A stretch of 64,000 nt of DNA, from assembly GCF_964213995.1 (NCBI RefSeq), contig NC_135812.1, positions 103,850,001 to 103,914,000 on the forward strand. The letters are read 5' to 3'. A program made the translations under genes and the position numbers. Source of the stretch: Mustelus asterias (lineage: Eukaryota). The number at the start of each line of letters is the position of its first letter. Positions within the stretch are counted from its first letter, which is position 1. The notes beneath the pieces are model-generated. The model saw only the letters and a program-made list of their open reading frames with translations, ran no database searches and was not told the DNA's origin. This document shows positions 61,288 to 64,000 of the stretch, piece by piece.

Positions 61288-62139
61288 TATTTGCTACCAA
61301 ATAAACCTGTTGGACTTTAACCTGGTGTTGTGAGACTTCTTGCTATTACAATGACCAGAGATCAAAGGATCACAGGGCAGAAGGAGGTCATCTGGTTTGA
61401 TAGGGAGGGATGATACCATGGAGGGATTTGAAGAAAATGATTAGAATTTTAAAAGTGAGGCAATGTCACACTTGGAGCCAGTGAGCACAGTGAACAAGAC
61501 TTAATGCAAATTAGAATACAGGTAGCAGAGTTTTGAATGAGCTCAACTTTAAGTAGGGTAAAAGCTTGGCTGGACAGAAAAGCTTTGGAACATTAAGTCT
61601 ATGAGGAAAAATATATGGTTGCAACTTTCAGCATCAGGTGAGCTGTGGTGTTTGCCACAGGACCACTGAAAAGCAATTCCTCCTACTGAGGTGGCACATT
61701 AAACAAGTAGAAGAATAGAAAGTAGACAACATACATCCGATACTTTCACCAGTGGTAGACATCCGAGAGTCAAACAATTAAGCAAGGTCACACATGGAAT
61801 AGAAAATTAGCTGGTTGCATTTTCTTTGAAATATCTATGGAGGATTTATTTGCCTGAAGGAGCATAACATTTTGTTGGGAACTAATATATTAATTTGTTA
61901 CACAAGGTAAGTGGGATTCAGGATATCCCATTGGTAAGGAGTCAAGGTTTGCAGAATGGACCATAAGATTGTCAATTGAAGATCACGAACGCTATTTTTA
62001 ACAAAAATCTGTCAATCACTTCTTCGCATAAGTTTGCCTTGCCATTTAATCAGCACAGCCAGCTATTCTTCCTCTTCCTCAGCCAAAATGGAGGCTATTC
62101 CTCCAGTCACATATGCAAACAGTGATTTTTGCAATACAC

Positions 62140-63350
62140 AACTACTTGCATTTATATTGTGTCTTGAATATACTGAATCATCAAGGCATTTTACACAAAC
62201 ATCATCAACTAAATTTGACACTTGAGCTCCATAAGGAGATATATAGGCAGATGATCAAAAGCTTGGTCAAAGAGATAAGTTTTAAAGAGTATCTTAAAGA
62301 AGTACAAGGCAAAGGGGTCCAGGGTGGTTATTCCAGAGTTTAGGACCTAGATGGCTGAAAGCATGTTCGCCAACAGCACATGATTAAAATAATGGGTGCT
62401 TCAGAGGTCAGAATCGAAGGTGGTTAGAGTTTTTGGAGGATTGTTAGGCTGGATGAGTCACAAAGAGAGGGAGAGGCAAAGTATGGAAGGAGTTGAAAAC
62501 AATAATGAGAATTTTAAAATTTAATTGTTGTCAGACCAAGAGCAAATGTAGGTCTAAGAATGGAACTTGGCGTTACTTAGGAAATGGGTAGCGTTTTCAA
62601 TGATCTCATGTTTAATAAAGGGGCAAAATGTGAGGTTGGCCAGGATAGTGCTGGAATAGTCAACCCAAGGAAGTAATAGAAATATGGATGAAGGTTTCAA
62701 CAGATCAGCTGAAATACTGGCAGTGTCGGGTGATGTTATGGAGGTGGCAGTAGGTGAATTTGATGATTATGCAAATTTTAAAAATATATTCTCTTACATG
62801 GAGTGACATGGCCAGCATTTGTTGTGCATCCTTCAATGCTCTTGAACGGAGTTTGATAAGCCATTTCAGTTAAATCAACCACATTGCTGGGGATCTGAAG
62901 TCGCGTGTAAGCCAAACCTGGTAAGGATGGCAGGTTTCCTTTCCTAAAGAACATTAGTAAACCAGATAGGTTTTTATGACAATCGATGATAGCTGTCATG
63001 GTCACCATTACTGAAACTAGTTTTATATTCCAGATTTATTAACTGAAATCAAATTCTACCAACTGCCATGGTGGGATTTGAACTCATGCTCCCCAGGACA
63101 CTGGCCTGAGCCTCTAGATTACTGGTGCCGCATCATTACCGCTGCGACACCAAAGTTGCATAGGGTCTGGTTCAACCTCTGACAGTTTCCAGGAAGAGGG
63201 ATGAAATTGGTGATTAGGAGACAGTTTGTGGTTGGGACCGAAGACAATGACTTCAATCTTCCAATATTTAGTTGCATACTGCCCATCCACTATTGAATGT
63301 TGGATAAGTAGTGTGACAATTTAGAGATAATGGAGAGGTTCAATGGAGGT
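62140..63350 (-). mobile_element. Old L2-type LINE, interrupted by a SINE
   Basis: ACAACTACTTGCATTTATAT tail, GATGATCAAAAGCTTGGTCAAAGAG and purine-rich antisense L2-like sequence. Resumes after 63152. Confidence 0.6.
62780..63152 (-). mobile_element. tRNA-derived SINE, near full length
   Basis: Reverse complement head GCAGCGGTAATG..CAGTAATCTAGAGG..GAGTTCAAATCCCACCATGGCAG. Tail TTCAAGAGCATT..AAATGCTGGCC..CCATGTAAGAGAAT. Confidence 0.7.
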
Positions 63351-63479
63351 GCTGAGTTGATTGTCGATACTTCTCATAGCTATACAGTTGGACCCCACCT
63401 GATACATCCAGACATCAGCAGCAATCCTTTAATATAATTATTTTATGTTCTATTGGAACTTTAATGGAAACAAAAGTTT

Positions 63480-63612
63480 CTATCAGTCTCAGAGCTATAG
63501 GCCAAGTGTTGGCAGATGGGATTAGGTGGGAGTTCAGTTGTTTCTAATGTGTCGGTGCGGACTCAATGGGCCGAAGGGCCTCTTCTGTGCTGTATGGTTC
63601 AATGATTCTACA
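63480..63612 (+). mobile_element. CR1/HE1-type 3' tail
   Basis: GTCGGTGCGGACTCAATGGGCCGAAGGGCCTCTTCTGTGCTGTATGGTTCAATGATTCTA. Confidence 0.75.
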
Positions 63613-64000
63613 AAAAGTTGTATTTTATTCCATCATGTTGTGGGAGTTCGTGGTTGACATAAATAGTCACACAGAAAGTAGTCTCCCTGCAGCCATTCGT
63701 TCATTCTAGTTGATTGTGAAAATCATGGTTTCAAAAGATGAAAGCATCATGATTTCTGCCAAAGTGTTTCAATGTTGCTTGCATTATTCTGTTTGGAGTG
63801 ATTCAGTAATAAAATGGAATTCTTTGCAATTCATATATGTCCCACATATTAAAAGGCACTCTGATGGGTGCATGGGTGCTAATGAGACCGTGCAGTTTTA
63901 GGAATCTGGGAGAAGTGCTGTTCCCTCTTGAATTGATGCTTTCCTTCCCTGGAGAAAGAGACACTTGTTGCAAGATTCCAAACAACTTCCTAATGAGCTG

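Larger units (their letters stand above)
60255..61341. mobile_element. Penelope-like element with inverted pLTRs
   Basis: Antisense pLTR plus ORF end (60255-60715), sense ORF piece (60716-61205), sense pLTR piece (61206-61341). TSD GCTATTACAATGA at 60245-60257 and 61342-61354. Confidence 0.92.
60035..61640 (-). mobile_element. Old L2-type LINE 3' region, interrupted by a PLE
   Basis: ATATTAGGGCAGATGACCGAAAGCTTGGTTAAAG..AAGGAG, similar to 62240-62300. Continues after 61354. Confidence 0.6.

Noticed and set aside
5749-61341. CRISPR-like repeated motif (CCAAATAAACCTGTTGGACTTTAA)
   Set aside because: Copies are dispersed PLE termini, not a regularly spaced array, and there are no cas genes.
61830-61912. 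Open frame ending at a strong donor AAG|GTAAGT
   Set aside because: No convincing acceptor and no recognisable peptide.
1-64000. Most short ORFs in the six-frame track
   Set aside because: They are antisense or off-frame readings of TEs or chance ORFs, many starting at non-ATG codons, with no recognisable domains.

Overview
Repeat-dense, AT-rich vertebrate DNA. The repeat set (HE1/V-SINE, HER1-type CR1 LINEs, Deu-domain SINEs) points to an elasmobranch (shark); this is inferred, not database-confirmed. I found no host protein-coding exon that I can support. All recognisable coding sequence belongs to transposable elements. These are: many CR1 LINE fragments, two young with open RT ORFs; Rex1/Babar and L2 remnants; Penelope-like elements (PLEs) with GIY-YIG remnants, fold-back ends and minimal hammerhead ribozymes; one full-span PIF/Harbinger transposon (31661-35300) plus decayed relatives and MITEs; a hAT MITE; and probable solo LTRs. 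The most interesting signals are: hammerhead copies whose variation follows ribozyme rules, a 128-bp near-perfect palindrome inside the Harbinger, a TE-free PBX/MEIS-TCF motif cluster near 3.9-4.45 kb (candidate enhancer), and an unexplained ~160-bp inverted repeat at 59.2-59.8 kb. I cannot claim a wholly new biological system from sequence alone. Family names come from recognised motifs, and the boundaries of old elements are approximate.
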